DNA of 64,000 bases from Diadema antillarum (Eukaryota): NCBI RefSeq assembly GCF_040938485.1, contig NW_027271351.1, positions 124,001 to 188,000 of the forward strand, given 5' to 3'. Below, piece by piece: positions 13,922-27,525 of this stretch. The first letter of the stretch is position 1. The number at the start of each line of letters is the position of its first letter. The notes beneath the pieces were generated by a model, which was not told the DNA's origin, ran no database searches, and saw only the letters and a list, made by a program, of their open reading frames with translations. Made by a program: the position numbers and the translations under genes.

Positions 13922-14223
13922 GACCTCGTTTACAGTGCCGGGCTCGGCTCGGGCTTTTAATTCAAACCTTTCAATATTTTGTCGTAGTGGCGCTCTGCTT
14001 GTAAACAAACGACTATTATTGGGAGCGCGCCAGTCGCAATTTGGTACCGCATTTGACCCAGTTTGCGTTTACAGTGAGAAAAGGCCGGGCTCGGCCGCAG
14101 AGAGCTTGGCCAAATGCGCAGCTGATTTTGGTACCACATTTGGCCTTTTGCGCGTTTACAGTGAAATGAAGGCCGGGCTCAGCCGCGGCCAAGCCCGGCC
14201 TTTTCATTACTGTAGACGGGGTC
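13922..14223. mobile_element. Harbinger-like MITE nested in a sibling of the 1947-2470 element (about 13800-14260)
   Basis: TIR gacc(t/c)cgt(t/c)tacagt, flanks taa/tga; the host element sequence resumes on both sides. Confidence 0.7.
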
Positions 14224-14583
14224 TGAGTCTGGCGTGTGAACGTGGCACATAAAGAGTTAAAGTAGCATTTATGGAGGGGAGTTTGTGCTAGGAATGACCT
14301 CTTGCTTGACCTTCTCAAAATGAGCATAACTGGCTGTTTCATTGATTCAATGGCTCTTACTTCAATTCTTTTTCAATAACTCTCTCTCTCTCTCTCTGTG
14401 TCTGTCTACATTAATGGACTATTGATTGATTTGTAAGTAATGGATTTTTCATTATGATTTTATCATTATTAGTAGTAGTAGTCAAAGAAGTGCCCCATTA
14501 TTCTTAAATGTTGCTATATTTGTGATCATCACTGTAACTGCTATTTCCACTGTCTCTATCTTGTTTGCGTGGTAATGTTACAG

Positions 14584-14691
14584 GAGATCAAAATGGACAT
14601 AATTAAAGACATCTTTGCTGCTGTCGGTGACAACACAGTACTGGAGTCACTGAGTATGGCGAGTACAGGTCTTGCAGACAAAGCAGCACTG
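14584..14691 (+). CDS. TMOD: Tropomodulin exon 6 (EIKMDIIKDIFAAVGDNTVLESLSMASTGLADKAAL)
   Basis: tacag| acceptor, |gtgagt donor, phase 0-0, LRR repeat. Confidence 0.92.
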
Positions 14692-15881
14692 GTGAGTGAC
14701 TACATTTGAGCTTCATGCAGCCACATGTCTCCCATTCAAACCTCTCTAAAAGGCCACCTGTTCGTAGCAGCCACCTGCAGAGTGTGCCCATGATAGTTCC
14801 CAGTGCAGGAGAATACTGTAAAAGCTGTTCGTTTCATGGGGATTACATTTTCCGTAAATTTCGCAAATCGCAGTTTGGCCACAAATTTAACAACACGCGA
14901 AAATGTCGCCACCTGATCTTGATCGTATTAAATTTGCGGAGTGAACGGGCAGGCATTATTGTACTTTTGATAGCCTCCTTGTCAACTCGTGAAAATAACA
15001 TTGCGTGAAAATGTGTGTACCCTCCTCATTGCTGAAAATGTCTGTACATGAAAATAACAGCTTTTACGGTAGTGTGTGTGTGTACGGTGACAAGTCTGTG
15101 CTTCCCTCGAGTGGCTTTTCAAAGCTGATTGGATTGAAAAAGCATATCATTAGTTGAATGCCAGATGGGTGTATATTAAACTCAATTGCCCAGCAATTTT
15201 TAGTGATGTGGACTATCTATTCCTTCCCCTTGGGGAAAGCCCCTCTTTGCCATAGAAATTGCAAGCAAAAATGAGCATAGAATTGTCACATGAGACAAAG
15301 TCAAGCCACCAGCGAGTGTCAAGCCCCACCGAGAGGTCCTCTGGAGACCCATCTGTATTTCTTAGTTAAGCCATTAAATTCAAAACTGAATTCTGCAACC
15401 AGTGTTTGGTACTAAAAATGACTACCAATTGCCAGGGCTTGCTTTGCAGAAGCTTATCCATATTCATTTCCCACTGACAGCTTGTTGACCAATGTAGTAA
15501 TGCTATTGGTCAAATTGACAGTCAATATGATATCATTATTGTGGTGTAATAGCAACAGAGCAATGCACTACTCCAAACTAAAATTATCATGGTTGCTGTC
15601 TTGCATACAGAGATTTGTGAACATGAACTGTGTATACTCCATCATAGGTCACAGGAACATCACAGAATTTTTGTGATGTTTTTCAACCGATCCTTTCACG
15701 CTGTTTTGTCAGCTACAGACAAATTGCATGTTTACGTTACAGTTCCGTTTTGATGCAATTGTGTGAACAGAGTAAGGCCCTCATATTTTTCCAGGTGGAT
15801 TAGTGTTCAGTATTTCATGTAGATGACCCAGCCCTGTAGCAGTTAAGTGATAATTTCATTTACATTTTATATTGCACACAG

Positions 15882-16025
15882 CTCGCAGCTGAGGTACTAA
15901 AGAAGAACAAGACACTGAAAACACTAAACCTGGAGTCAAATTTCATCACAAGTGAAGGCATGAGTGCATTGTGTAAGGCAATGACAAATAACACAACACT
16001 GACGGAACTGAGATTAGCGAACCAG
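15882..16025 (+). CDS. TMOD: Tropomodulin exon 7 (LAAEVLKKNKTLKTLNLESNFITSEG...ELRLANQ)
   Basis: cacag| acceptor, |gtaagt donor, phase 0-0; LNxESNFIT motif. Confidence 0.95.
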
Positions 16026-16911
16026 GTAAGTGCATTTACGTTTTTGCATCTCTCTTTGTTTCTGTCTGTATGTCAATAGTTGCCATATTTGAAGTGTAAC
16101 TTGTTGAAAAAACCTAAAACTTAAAAGATGCAATGGAATATGTCAGTATGGCTAGAATGCTTGAACGTGTCATTCAAGTAGATTTTGGACAGAAATATCA
16201 ACAAAATTGTACAAATTAAAGACTACGTCAGTCTTCACACTGTCAGTACTTTGCATTGATATCATGAAAGTTGCCCACAAGAATAAGAAGAGTTCAATTG
16301 CTGATGTATTACTACTGTAAAACCACAAACACTTGTGGTTTGAAACTTTTTCAAATTGGAGCTGACAGCCTTTTTCGCAGCATGAAACTTTCACGAATTG
16401 CCACTGGCATTCAATGCATTGTGTCAACAAAAACCTTATTGCTTGCACTTTATTCGTGAATCATGGCTTCTCAGATAATTTGCAATGGCTTCGTGCACGC
16501 AGAAATTTCTGGTTTTACAGCGTACGAAAATACTAAAAGAAACAAGACCCAACTGCTCTCTCATGTGTAGTGTGCTGTCCTGCCTGTTCTTTCTTATCGT
16601 CGCTGGGGTGACAAAATCCTTTATCTCAAATTTTGGCGGAAAGGACTTTTGGATTAATGGTCAGATAATCAGTTAAGTGATGTCCTGTCCAAATCCTAGC
16701 TGTCTTTCCCCCAAAACAAAAGCCACCACAGCATGTCAAAAAGGAAAGGCTATCCCATTTGTATCGTGCTTTGGCTGCAATGTTTTTGTTGTTGTTTTTT
16801 GTTTGTTTTTTTGCTCTCCTGAACATTTGATATTTTGTAGATGTGAGGTTTTTTTCACCCCAGCGACTGATGTCATAATCAAGTTTTGACTTTTTTAATT
16901 TGTCCAATCAG

Positions 16912-17059
16912 AGAGGACTAATGGGGAGCAAAGTAGAGCAGGAGTTTGCCAACATGTTGGAGAAGAAAAACAAGACGCTGCTGAAGCTAGGCCTTGCCTT
17001 TGAGCACGCGGGACCACGATCCATGGCGCAAGAAGCGCTCATGAGGAACAACGAAAATG
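16912..17059 (+). CDS. TMOD: Tropomodulin exon 8 (RGLMGSKVEQEFANMLEKKNKTLLKLGLAFEHAGPRSMAQEALMRNNEN)
   Basis: atcag| acceptor, |gtgagt donor, phase 0 to 1; G.KVE.E.A.MLE.N.TLLK.G..F...GPR motif. Confidence 0.95.
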
Positions 17060-17836
17060 GTGAGTGAAGAACCAAAACTCATCTTATTCTCCAAGAAGAG
17101 CCAAATAGACTTACTGTTATCAAAGCTTGCACAGTTTGCCTGGAACTAAAAAGTCTGACATGACCTGTGGTATATTTAAGAGTACATCATGTCTTTGCAG
17201 AAAGATGAAATATAGAAAAAAAAAACAAAAAACAAGTTTACCAACTGGCAGCAGCATAAAAGTTGAGCAGTATCCTTTGTAGTATGTCTTTGACAGACCT
17301 TTTTCTCTGCAGACAAAATGAATAAATTTTTTTCTCATCAGGTAAATTCACTATAAAATGCTGTTACCTTTAAAAACAAACGTGACTGTAAAATCTTGAT
17401 TTCTCATCTTGAAAGAGCATGTTGATGAGGGGGAAAAAATGAAAATCAGGTTTATGTGGTAAGAATCATGTAAGAAAAAACATGGAAAGATAAATTCAAG
17501 GGGAGACATGAATGTTAGGTTGCAGGGTTTAGAAGAAGTGGTGGAACTATGAAAGAAGTAGAAAAGAAATTTGGAACAGGACAATCTTTAAAGAGAAAAA
17601 AGAAAAATATGTCTTCCGAGTGAACTCACTGTGTCTTGTTCAAAAGTCTACACAGATGATTGTTTTGTCTTGTATGCCAATTTTTCTGTGTCTCACTTCC
17701 TACTGTGGAGTGTGACATGTTTATCCTTGCTGTCCATTGCAATATCAACAATATGTCACATTGAGAAAGAGTCTAAAGTCCATATTCAATGATCTTTCTC
17801 CGTCTCTGGCTCTCTCTGCTTTTTTCCCCCTTTCAG

Positions 17837-17865
17837 TGCGCAAGCAGCGATCAGAAGATAAGTGA
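17837..17865 (+). CDS. TMOD: Tropomodulin last coding exon (VRKQRSEDK*)
   Basis: Long pyrimidine tract with ttcag|, phase 1; VRKxR end typical of TMOD; TGA at 17863-17865. Confidence 0.88.
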
Positions 17866-20800
17866 GGACTTCTTCAGCTGTGTGTGTGTGGCTCATCAAC
17901 TCAAAAGTTGGACTTCCTGTACTTATCTCCTTATTGCTCTCTCTTTCTCTCTTGAGTCTACATCTCTCTGTCTCTCTTTTCTCACCATTGACTGTGGAAG
18001 TGTCTCAACTCTCTAGGTTTTGCAGCTTCTTTCCGCCAGTCCTTCATACCTCTGCAGCGTCGTCGATTCCGGTAGGAGGGGGGAGGGGGAGGGGGGGCGT
18101 TCGTTGTGTTTGGAAGGCTTTCCTGCAATCAGTTTACACCTTGTGACAAGGAGTTGATGCTGTAGCAGTAAGACGGAACGTTTGTACATAACTGCATTGA
18201 CAAACCTGTGTGTTATCAGTGGCCAACGCGCTATGTAGAGTCAATTTTCAATGATGTCAAAGGGCCTTTTGTTTGTAATCTTGGGTGTTCAGTCTATCGC
18301 GATATCTATGTAATAATCATAGAAATAAGCAATGTTATGTGATATGCAAATTAATGTTTGTATCTTGCAATGTACTTTAAAACAAGACAGCATAATTCTG
18401 TCATCTCTTATTGGATCTGTGATGACAGCAACTGTAATATTTCTTTCCTTTTTGGTTTTTGGTAGTGCTAGAGCGCTGGGTTGCTGTTCTCATGCTATTA
18501 ACGGTGTTTGCGAAATGAAATTTGATTTGCATTGGTAGCGCCTTTGCGCCCTGTTGTGAAGGAAGGGAAGTGTGTGCTACTCTATTGGTCACAGAATGAT
18601 TAGCTACTTAACCATTATGAAATTTGAAATCAGGCAAATTGTCAATGTGTTTTGTATTACCTTGGTGGTGATGAAGGGGGGAGGGGGGAGGAGGGGTAGG
18701 GAAAGTTGAGCTGTGCTGTTATGCCCCGTAACATTGGGCTGATTTCGATGAAGAGGCATGCAGTGTGCAACCATTCAACGTCGGTCGCATCAGTACCCAT
18801 TTTCCTTTGAATTCTGAGAGACAATACTGACTTTGTGCTGTGTGTAAATGTAAGTTTTTGTGTAGAAGTAAAGTGCAATGAAGAGCTCATTTTTACCTTA
18901 TCTTGAGCTGAGTAAAGTCAACAGTTGCCATAGAGATGCATTGTAAACATATAAAATCTCAACACATGTTGTGAATGATAAGGGACCCAATTGCATATTG
19001 AGAGTTCTGTCATGGTAGAATTACCATAATGGCGAGAACCACATCAGCCGCTTCTGTTCAGAATTTGCAATTGTCGTTTCAGTAAATGCTGTTATTGTTC
19101 TTTATGGCTGTAGTGAGTCTTTGATGCAGTTGAATCCATGATAAAGGAATTCTCTCATGGAATTTTCATTTCTAAATTCTGTAGTTGAAGTATGCGACAA
19201 GCCAGCCTAATTTACTTTTCCCCTGTACAATGCATCACTGAAACCAGTGTACCATGATTCAGCAATAACTGATGTTTGCCAACTCCGCTCCTGTATACTG
19301 GACCGTTTTAGGAGCTACACATGTATAAAGCAAAGAAGTTAATTGATTTAATGATCCAGTACTACAACAAGTTATCATATATAATTTGGTATTCTGTTCA
19401 ACCTTGATGGTATTTACCTATTTTTTATCCCGAATTCTCACGTATTGGTATAATGCGTAGAAAATAATCAAAACTAACAGTTAGACATGTAACTAGGTGC
19501 ATATTGAAGTGCTGTATTGTCCACACGTAAATTCAGAACTTTGTTGTCGGTGTTTGCTATCTCTTCAGGAAGTGAACTGTTGTCCCTCTTCCTCTTATCT
19601 TTTTTTTTTTTCATTCATTTGACATGAAACAATATCAATGACGTTAAATGGGAAAAGGAGCATGAGATAGAGTTCTGTTTGACATGAGTGAGATTTCATG
19701 CAGTAGTTAGCCAAATTGTAGTGATTTTTTATTGCCATTATGGTTGGACAGGGAAGTCTTTATGGTGTGTACCAGGGACATCGGAAAAAAGAGAGAAAAA
19801 AAGATGTGTTACAGTGATTTGCATAATGTATTCAAGAATCTATTCATGGAATGTCAATGTGTATTGTGGGCATTTCAGTCTGAATTTTAAAGCTGTTAGT
19901 GTGAATCAGTAAGGCCTTTCTCCAAGATTTGAACATATATGTGAACAGTAAGAAAGAAATAGCAGCAGTTCTTTAGATTTTCCTCTGGTGTACATAGGTG
20001 TCGTCTGTTCTCATAGGAAAGGTAAAGCTACTCCTGTTTGTAGTAGTGTGGAAATATACTCCTCTACAAGTTTTCACTACCACTTTGTACGATTTATCAC
20101 AGCAATGGATATTGTACTATATGCTTCAAAGTATACAAATTCGTATATTCATATGTAGGAGTCAGGAATCACTTTATGGGTAGGCATACCAGATTCTTAC
20201 TTCAGGTGATCATTTTGATGTGTTTTGTAGCAGAAAATATCTGCTATTCATGTTGGCTAATCAAAGTATGATGGGAGCATAATGTGGCTGTTGATTTTTG
20301 TGATTAGTAATGTTCTGATTAACAAACAGCTGCCTGTAATGAGGGAGAATAAAAAAATCAGCTGAGCTGGAGCATGCAAAATTTGCTGTAATAAGTTGTA
20401 AAAGGCGTTAGGGTCAACTGTCAGTTTCTTTGAAGTGAGATGCTCGTGTAGCTGCAGTGGTGGTATCATGTTTACTATACCTTTAAAACTTTGCAGGGGG
20501 TATTCATAAAGGAGATCTAATATATCTACCATGGAAGGGCTAAAAAAATTAAAGTGGTACACATATCAGTGAAAGAAAAGATTTTCAATGCTGTTGCCTA
20601 TGCTGGGTATAAACCTTGCGGGGAAAAAAAAAGAAAATCTTGGTTTTCAGTATGTCTTTGGCAAATATTTAAAAGATTGTTATCAATCAAAACAAAGCTT
20701 AAGATGCGCTCTGTACAGACTGTAGCTTGAATCATCTGTTTGATAGTCCATTGGTAGGATCAGCTGACAGGTCGTGGAACCTGTGTACATAGTATTATTT

Positions 20801-23800
20801 TGCTGAATAAAAGGTTTTTTTGGCATAGTGCTCTGAAACAGATTTACGGCTATGCTGCAGATGCTCCAGTTTGAATTCATACTCATTATAGATAATGAAT
20901 CTTCATTTCTTTCACATTTGTTTTAGAGCATAGCTCCAGTCATTGGCTTTATTTAAGGTTGTTATGGACATTTTGTTCATACTATCCACTTCAAATATGA
21001 GAAATGACAAACTGCAATGGAATGGGAATAAGAAGACAGCAACAACAAGGAGAGTTGCGTTCTCATAAACTATGAAAAAAGCGTGTAATGATATCGTCAA
21101 AAAATGCAATCTAGTGCTCACATCATGTACAAGTTTGAGTCATAAATTGATATAATTGATGTGTTCAGATCAGCATTCTACTAATTTTTGTCACATTGTG
21201 TTTGTATGTACCCACCATGACCACAGTTATTGTGTATGCATATTCTGCCTTCAAGATTTAAGTATGCACCATTTTGCACTCTTTTTCTATAAATCATTTT
21301 TTGAATGCTTTTAGGGGGAAAATCATCCTGTCTTGGATCTCATTTTGATGTTGATCGTAATTTCTGTTATATCAGTGTGTGCCTTTGGTCTGTGCAGTTC
21401 AAAACATACGTGTGCTAATTCGTGTCCACGTTTGGTCTGTCGCAAGACTTGGTGCATACGCAATATTTCCTCCCAATTTTCTTTCCTGAGCTGTGGTGCC
21501 CAACTTCTGGTGGCCTAATGGGGGATTCACCTCCTTGAGTTACTCTGTCTGCGTGTGCTAATGCTATTTTGGGATGACGCAACATCCGATGGCTGCCATG
21601 CGTGGCTGTAGTGGCATTCCCATGCGGGTCAAGAGACTCCCAATTTGACCGCGAGGGAGCTAAGTATGGTTGACCGCTGGAAAGAGGAGCATGATGCATG
21701 CTGGTCTATCAAGTCACCCTCTGTACTACGCTGTCACCCACACTCTTGGGTTAGTTTGATTGTGCTCTGTAGGTATGGTGTAGATATCATACTGCTATAT
21801 CGGTGTTAGAAGAGGTTGGATTGCCGTCAAAGATGGCTTCCAGCCAACCACGCCCCTCCAGGATTTGCATCACCTGTAGGTCACAGGGATCATCTTGAGT
21901 TCAAATTGTTAAGGCACAGAGTTACCCGAGTGAATATGCAGAGGAGAAGAATTGTACACTGCGATCGGATGTAATTGGTTTGATTTGCTGTTTTTCCCAA
22001 AGTACCATCAGTACAGGGGTCTACAGTGTTGAAGTTCAAGGAGGTTGGTTTGCTTGCCTTTTTTTTTTCATAAAATGTTGGAGAGCAAAGAAATAGATCA
22101 GTTCAAATTTGAATGTTTTACATGTAATTTTGAAAGTTATGATGGTTTGAAAGTCAGCTTTTCCAGCGACCATATGATTTTGCTCAAATTTTTTACTGAC
22201 CTGAAGTTATGTGAAGATCGAATTCGGAGTAAGATTTCATATTAAAGGTAACTTTCCTTGCATACTTCTTGACTACCTGAAAGTACAATGACTGCAGGAG
22301 GCAATGTTTCATTCTGTTTAGATTGTTTGTCATACCAACCACAAAATGCCATTGCATACCTGCCTCATTTTCCCCTTCAAAACAGTGAAACAATAAATTC
22401 CATCAGACTTAAGTAAAGCAAGAAAAATGAGTTCCTTGATATTCTGGTCACATTTCTCCCAGAAAACAACACTGGTACCTGGAGTCTATACAATCAGGCC
22501 AAAGTGTCCTCTTTGACTAACTTTGGTAATCAGGAGAGATGGGATAGTTGGCCATGACTAGCCTCTTGTGTTGATGACTCCCCCTATACTGGGCTTGTTC
22601 CAGTTCCTCTACTGACTTGCCACCCTTTTAACTTCAACCCAATATGAATGTTGTAGTCTTGTATGACTGTCTGTTCCTTCTTGTCTTCATTGTAATTTGA
22701 TTTCACAGTATCTGATCTGTGCTTTTCATCTTGTCCTGTTGAAGATTCTTCCATTCGAGAATGGCACCAATGGCACCACATTGTCTGATTATGTATCTGG
22801 ATATCTCTCCATGGGTGTGTTTTGTACTTGTTTTTGTTTGTTTGTTTTTTGCTTGGTAAACTGATAAGATGAGGAGTGTACAAGGTAGCCAAATGAAATT
22901 CAATCTCCCTGTGTATGGCTAAAGAAAGAAAAGTGAATACTGGTTGGTAGCTGTCAAGAAGTGAGTCATATCTGCATGTACTCTGTTCTTGCATTAAAAT
23001 GAGCAGATCAAAAGTGCAAAAGCACACTGTTCGATTTTGGGAGTTGTTTTCAAAAGGTCAACGGTCAGAGGTCACAATGTAATATCTTGCAGAACCTGAT
23101 CACAGGTCAAAGTAAGTTGGAAGCAGAAACGGGAGGAGGAATATCTGTCAACATCTCGATGTAAAATTGCTTAGTGTTAGATGCCCATTTATACCCAAGC
23201 CTTTCATTCAATAGCAGGTTTTTGCAGTCAAAATGATACGCTCTGACAGCCTGCATTTGCAGACAGAAGCCTCTGGTATTTAGACTTTATAATGAAGTGA
23301 TCACTGACGAAGCACATGGCAGCGTTCATTTATTTGACGTAATTGAGATCATCGATTACAAGTCCAAGGGCAAGACTGTGGTCTTCATGAGTCTTTGAGT
23401 GTTGAAGGATGGTACCTGTGTTGCATTTTATCAGCTAAAAAAATTCCAAACCTTGAATCAGAACTACACATAAGTAAAAACAATTGTACTGGTTGTGCTT
23501 ATCTTATTATTGTTTTTGTAGCAAAATGCAAATGATCTGCAAATGATTTTCCACGTGTGGAATCAAACCATGTGCTGTAATGTTTGAGCAATTTTGCCTG
23601 CAAATATCTGCTAGAAATCTTGGGGCTTTGTGTGTAATCAAATGTAAATATGGTGCACTTAAAGAAGGTGAAATATGTCCAAGACTAATTCTTGTGCCAT
23701 ATGTATGTTGATTCTATTTGTAAATGTTTTGTATAAAAAAACAGATTATTTCATTATCGTAGTTAGCTTGCTCTAGAGGTAATTGTATATGTTTGCTTTG

Positions 23801-24754
23801 CATGGTGGAAGTTTTGCCTGTAGTTTGCCAGATATATGTTTCAAACTTTGCTTTAATATGCCAGCTAGACAAATTTCTAGTGAGCATTGCCTCGTATGTA
23901 TTTCATGTACTGCCTACTTTTCTCTGGAGTGATTTTCTTTCATTCGCTGATTTACTGGTAGCTGTAATTCTCGTAGTAAGATCAGTACTATATTTTGGAC
24001 ATTCAGGTGTAAAATGTGGTACAGTATGATTTACACTTGCATGAAGGTGCAATTAACCCTGAAGTTTTCCCCTGCCGTATATTAGACACTCCCATATTGA
24101 TATCATATACCGGATATACCCCAACATTACAGACCTACCAATGGTAGTAAGAATATCAGTTACCAACCCAGGGGTTCTTGCCATTGGAAGGAAGAGATAA
24201 AACACTATTTAAGAAGGAACAGCCATTACATACGTGTCCTTTAATTAAAGGGTTCTTGTATAAAGAGGTGTATGCATGCCTGTGTAGTAATATGGGAACT
24301 CTGTAAGGAAAATGTAGTGTGCATGTTGGTGTCAGTGTGTGTAAATGCTACCCTAGATGAATGTTATTGAATGAAATATGGGAGGGGGTGTTAATGGCTC
24401 CCAGTTGAGATTACTGTAACACCAGGTGTTCACAGGGAAAGTAGCCTCCCTGTCCACTTTCATGCATTTGTTTAACTATAAAAGACACCAGAGTGTAAAT
24501 GAGGGATCTCATTGTGAAGTTACTACTCTATTAGTATCTTATAGATGCATACACATTCTGTGTAGACTTTTTCAATACCTCTACCTTGTATGGTCGTGTA
24601 GGCTATACATGATTTAAAATTTTTTTTATCTTGCTTTCATCTACTCATATGCTATCAGTGCATAGTAGTTAGAAACATAGGTAGAGGAAAACTGTAAGCA
24701 ATCTACAGTTGTATATTCACTGTTTAATACACAACATTTATACATGTTATTTAA

Positions 24755-24990
24755 AAGCTACAATTGGGAGCAAGGACTGCTGCACAAAAGTCATATAGAT
24801 GTTCATTCTGTGTATATTTGTGGGGACCTTTCACATGTACCGAATCCACTTCAATTGGTTCTGAGCCTGTTATTTGAAACCTACAAGTTTGAGCAAGGAC
24901 AGCTCCAACAGTTATATAGATGTTAATTCAGTATAATATGTTCTTGGGGACTTTTCACATGTACTGAACCCACTGGAATTGGTTATGAAC
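24755..24990. repeat. Diverged tandem duplication, period about 123 bp
   Basis: agcaaggac..atatagatgtt and ggggac.tttcacatgtac.gaa.ccact each occur twice, 123 nt apart. Confidence 0.65.
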
Positions 24991-25858
24991 GTAACTCCTA
25001 ATGTTTCAAGGCCATGTAGAAGAAGGTTCTTTGTCAAATACATAATTGGAGGAAGTGCTTGATAAAATTGCAACAAGGAAACAGGATAAGGCATTTTCAT
25101 TTTTGATTTGTAGTACAGCTTTGAGCATTACAAGATTGTTGGGAACAGAAAATGTGTGAGGCCTGTGTGAATAATGAAATATCAAAAGTTTTGCAGCATT
25201 TTGCTGCATTGTTTGGGATCATGGTGGTGGTGGAATGTTGACATTTGCACATTACTTTCTGAGTGTTGTGTTTATTTTTACTTTAATACCACCAGTTCCT
25301 GTACATATGTAAACATTCTTCTTTAAACCATGTGACAAGTTCACTTAGTTTGATATTTTTTTTTCTTTTTTTCCCACCTTGTCATATTTCTACACGGCCA
25401 AAAGGAGGTAATTTGTCCACAATTTTTGAGTGCTGCCAGGATGCCATTAACAAAAAAGAAAGAAAAAATGCTTAAACTGATACAATTCTCCTGTCTGTAT
25501 TTAACAAAGGCCCTTACCAAAGACAGTGTGAGTTGCAGTGGTATTGCTAAGGTGCACAAACAAAAACGAGAGTTGAGTATCTGGTTTAATTGGTGACAAG
25601 GGTTGATGGAATACTATGTCTTCATAAAAGATGAGTTTTGACTCCCGAATTCTGCGTGGTCTTACTTCCATTATGATGTCTTGAATGGTAATCTGATTTA
25701 TTCATGTCATGAAAAAAGAATTGAATTATGTAATGAAATTTGATTTTGAATTACTGTAATAAAAATAGGATAGAACCATTTAAACCTTGTGCTGACACAT
25801 GTCTCTGTCTGTTTGTTTGTAATGCAGTATTACCCCATTATGCCAACTTGATAGAAAG

Positions 25859-25946
25859 TTAAAGGGATGGTACACTTTTGGTTTAGAATGGGCAGCAGTT
25901 TCCAACTTTTGTGTGTGTGTGTGTGTGTGTGTGTCTGTGTGTGTGT

Positions 25947-25978
<32 letters not shown>

Positions 25979-26293
25979 TTGAGAGATAATGAGAAACCTC
26001 TTATGAAATATGAAAGAACATGCAATTCTTAGAGGAATTCACAGTTTATTGAGATGGTTGAGATATCCCCCCCAAAAAGCGATCCTAATCAAATGCAACA
26101 GGCCACAACTTAAATTAGGATTTCCTTGTTTTACCTTTTTTTTTTGATATCTCAGTCATTATAAAACTGATTTTAATCAAATGAATATTCAATTTCCCTT
26201 TATTAGAATTGTATGCTCTTTAACATATCATAGAGTGGTTTCTAAATATCTAGCAAAATCCTCACCTCAACCAATAATATACCATCCCTTTAA
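25859..26293. mobile_element. ttaaaggg...ccctttaa MITE containing a (TG)n tract
   Basis: TIR aagggatggta; homologous to 33734-34144. Confidence 0.75.
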
Positions 26294-26402
26294 TTCTGTT
26301 ACAGTATAAATAGGTGTAATTCAAATATAAAGTCTTTAATAAACTTATGTGTATTAGGTATCTGCAATATGGGAACTGCACATGTCATGTATGATATTTG
26401 TC

Positions 26403-26404
<2 letters not shown>

Positions 26405-26473
<69 letters not shown>
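26405..26473. repeat. (TG)n microsatellite (another at 25911-25978)
   Basis: Direct reading. Confidence 0.98.
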
Positions 26474-26663
26474 ATGTATGTTGTTTGTATGCACTCAATT
26501 CTTTTGTCACACCAGAAAATAGGTCAAATTCAAAGTTATATGTGTGAAATCAGACCTACCAGGCATCTAATTGCTAACTCTCTTGCAGGAGTCTGCGCCT
26601 TTGAATGTTTCTACAACAGATATATGGCGCTTGACAAATACTGTGGATCATCATCATTATCAT

Positions 26664-27198
26664 ATATTGAATGGGTTAGTCAAATACCGGTTAGTGATTG
26701 GCTAAACACAGTCACGTGATGGAGGCACAATGGTTATGTTCGCCCATGGGCAGAACATTTTTGTAACGTTCTCCCATGGTAAAACATTTTCACGTAACAA
26801 ATGACAAACGATACCAAATGATTGAACGATCATATTTTTCACGCAATCGATAGGATAAATTTGCCTATTCCATACAATGTGAAAAAGCAGATGACCGATT
26901 GTTGTAATGCATACGAAAGTGTGATTTGAAGGACCCGCGCACAGTGAATTTGGCTCTGCGCGATCGAACGATAGAGTGCGTTGTGCTGGTGGTTGACGTT
27001 GACGTATTTGACGTATTTGACTAACCCATATTATAACAGATGATGACTTTTGTTGTCGCCGAACATGTACCGAACGTTCCACCCTCAGGGTTTGAAATGC
27101 TATTTCGGGAGGCTATAAGTCCCTCAATAGCATTTCAAACCCTTTGGGTGGAACATTCGGTGTGTTCCCTCCCCCGCCAGTCATCATCTATATTATAA
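26664..27198. mobile_element. Non-autonomous Crypton-like element (17-bp inverted repeat plus 168-bp terminal hairpin)
   Basis: ATGGGTTAGTCAAATAC at 26671-26687 is inverted at 27013-27029. TTATAA at 27031 and 27193 bound a hairpin. Layout matches 60310-62960. Confidence 0.7.
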
Positions 27199-27384
27199 TA
27201 TGACTATTTGAAAGCTGATGTGCTAAAATGATGGAGTGTACATTTGTAGATACATTACTACAATGCCCTATGTGTAGCATTTTTTTCACTTTGTATTTGT
27301 ACAAAAAGCCAAACATAGTGTGACCACCTTTAAATTTGCATTTAGAAATTCACTTATTTTTTTCTGTACTAGTCAGCTATACAT

Positions 27385-27525
27385 GTAAATATATAAATAT
27401 GTAAATATAAAAATATATGAATATACAAATATATAAATATATAAATATATGAATATATAAATATTCAAATATATAAACACATAAATATTTAAATATATAA
27501 ACACATAAATATATAAATATATAAA
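27385..27525. repeat. AT-rich minisatellite (aaatatat variants)
   Basis: Direct reading. Confidence 0.9.

Larger units (their letters stand above)
1705..17865 (+). other. TMOD: Tropomodulin gene, complete CDS span (9 coding exons, 1050 nt, 349 aa)
   Basis: Nine GT-AG exons with consistent phases join into one ORF. It has the N-terminal DIDEDEILKTLTEEQLEEL..DPD, PTGKFDRQKLL, ATEEDLVELAGILG and LRR-domain (EPPNTTDVE, LNLNNIK, LNLESNFIT, ELRLANQ) motifs typical of tropomodulins. There is no leiomodin-type C-terminal extension. Confidence 0.95.
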
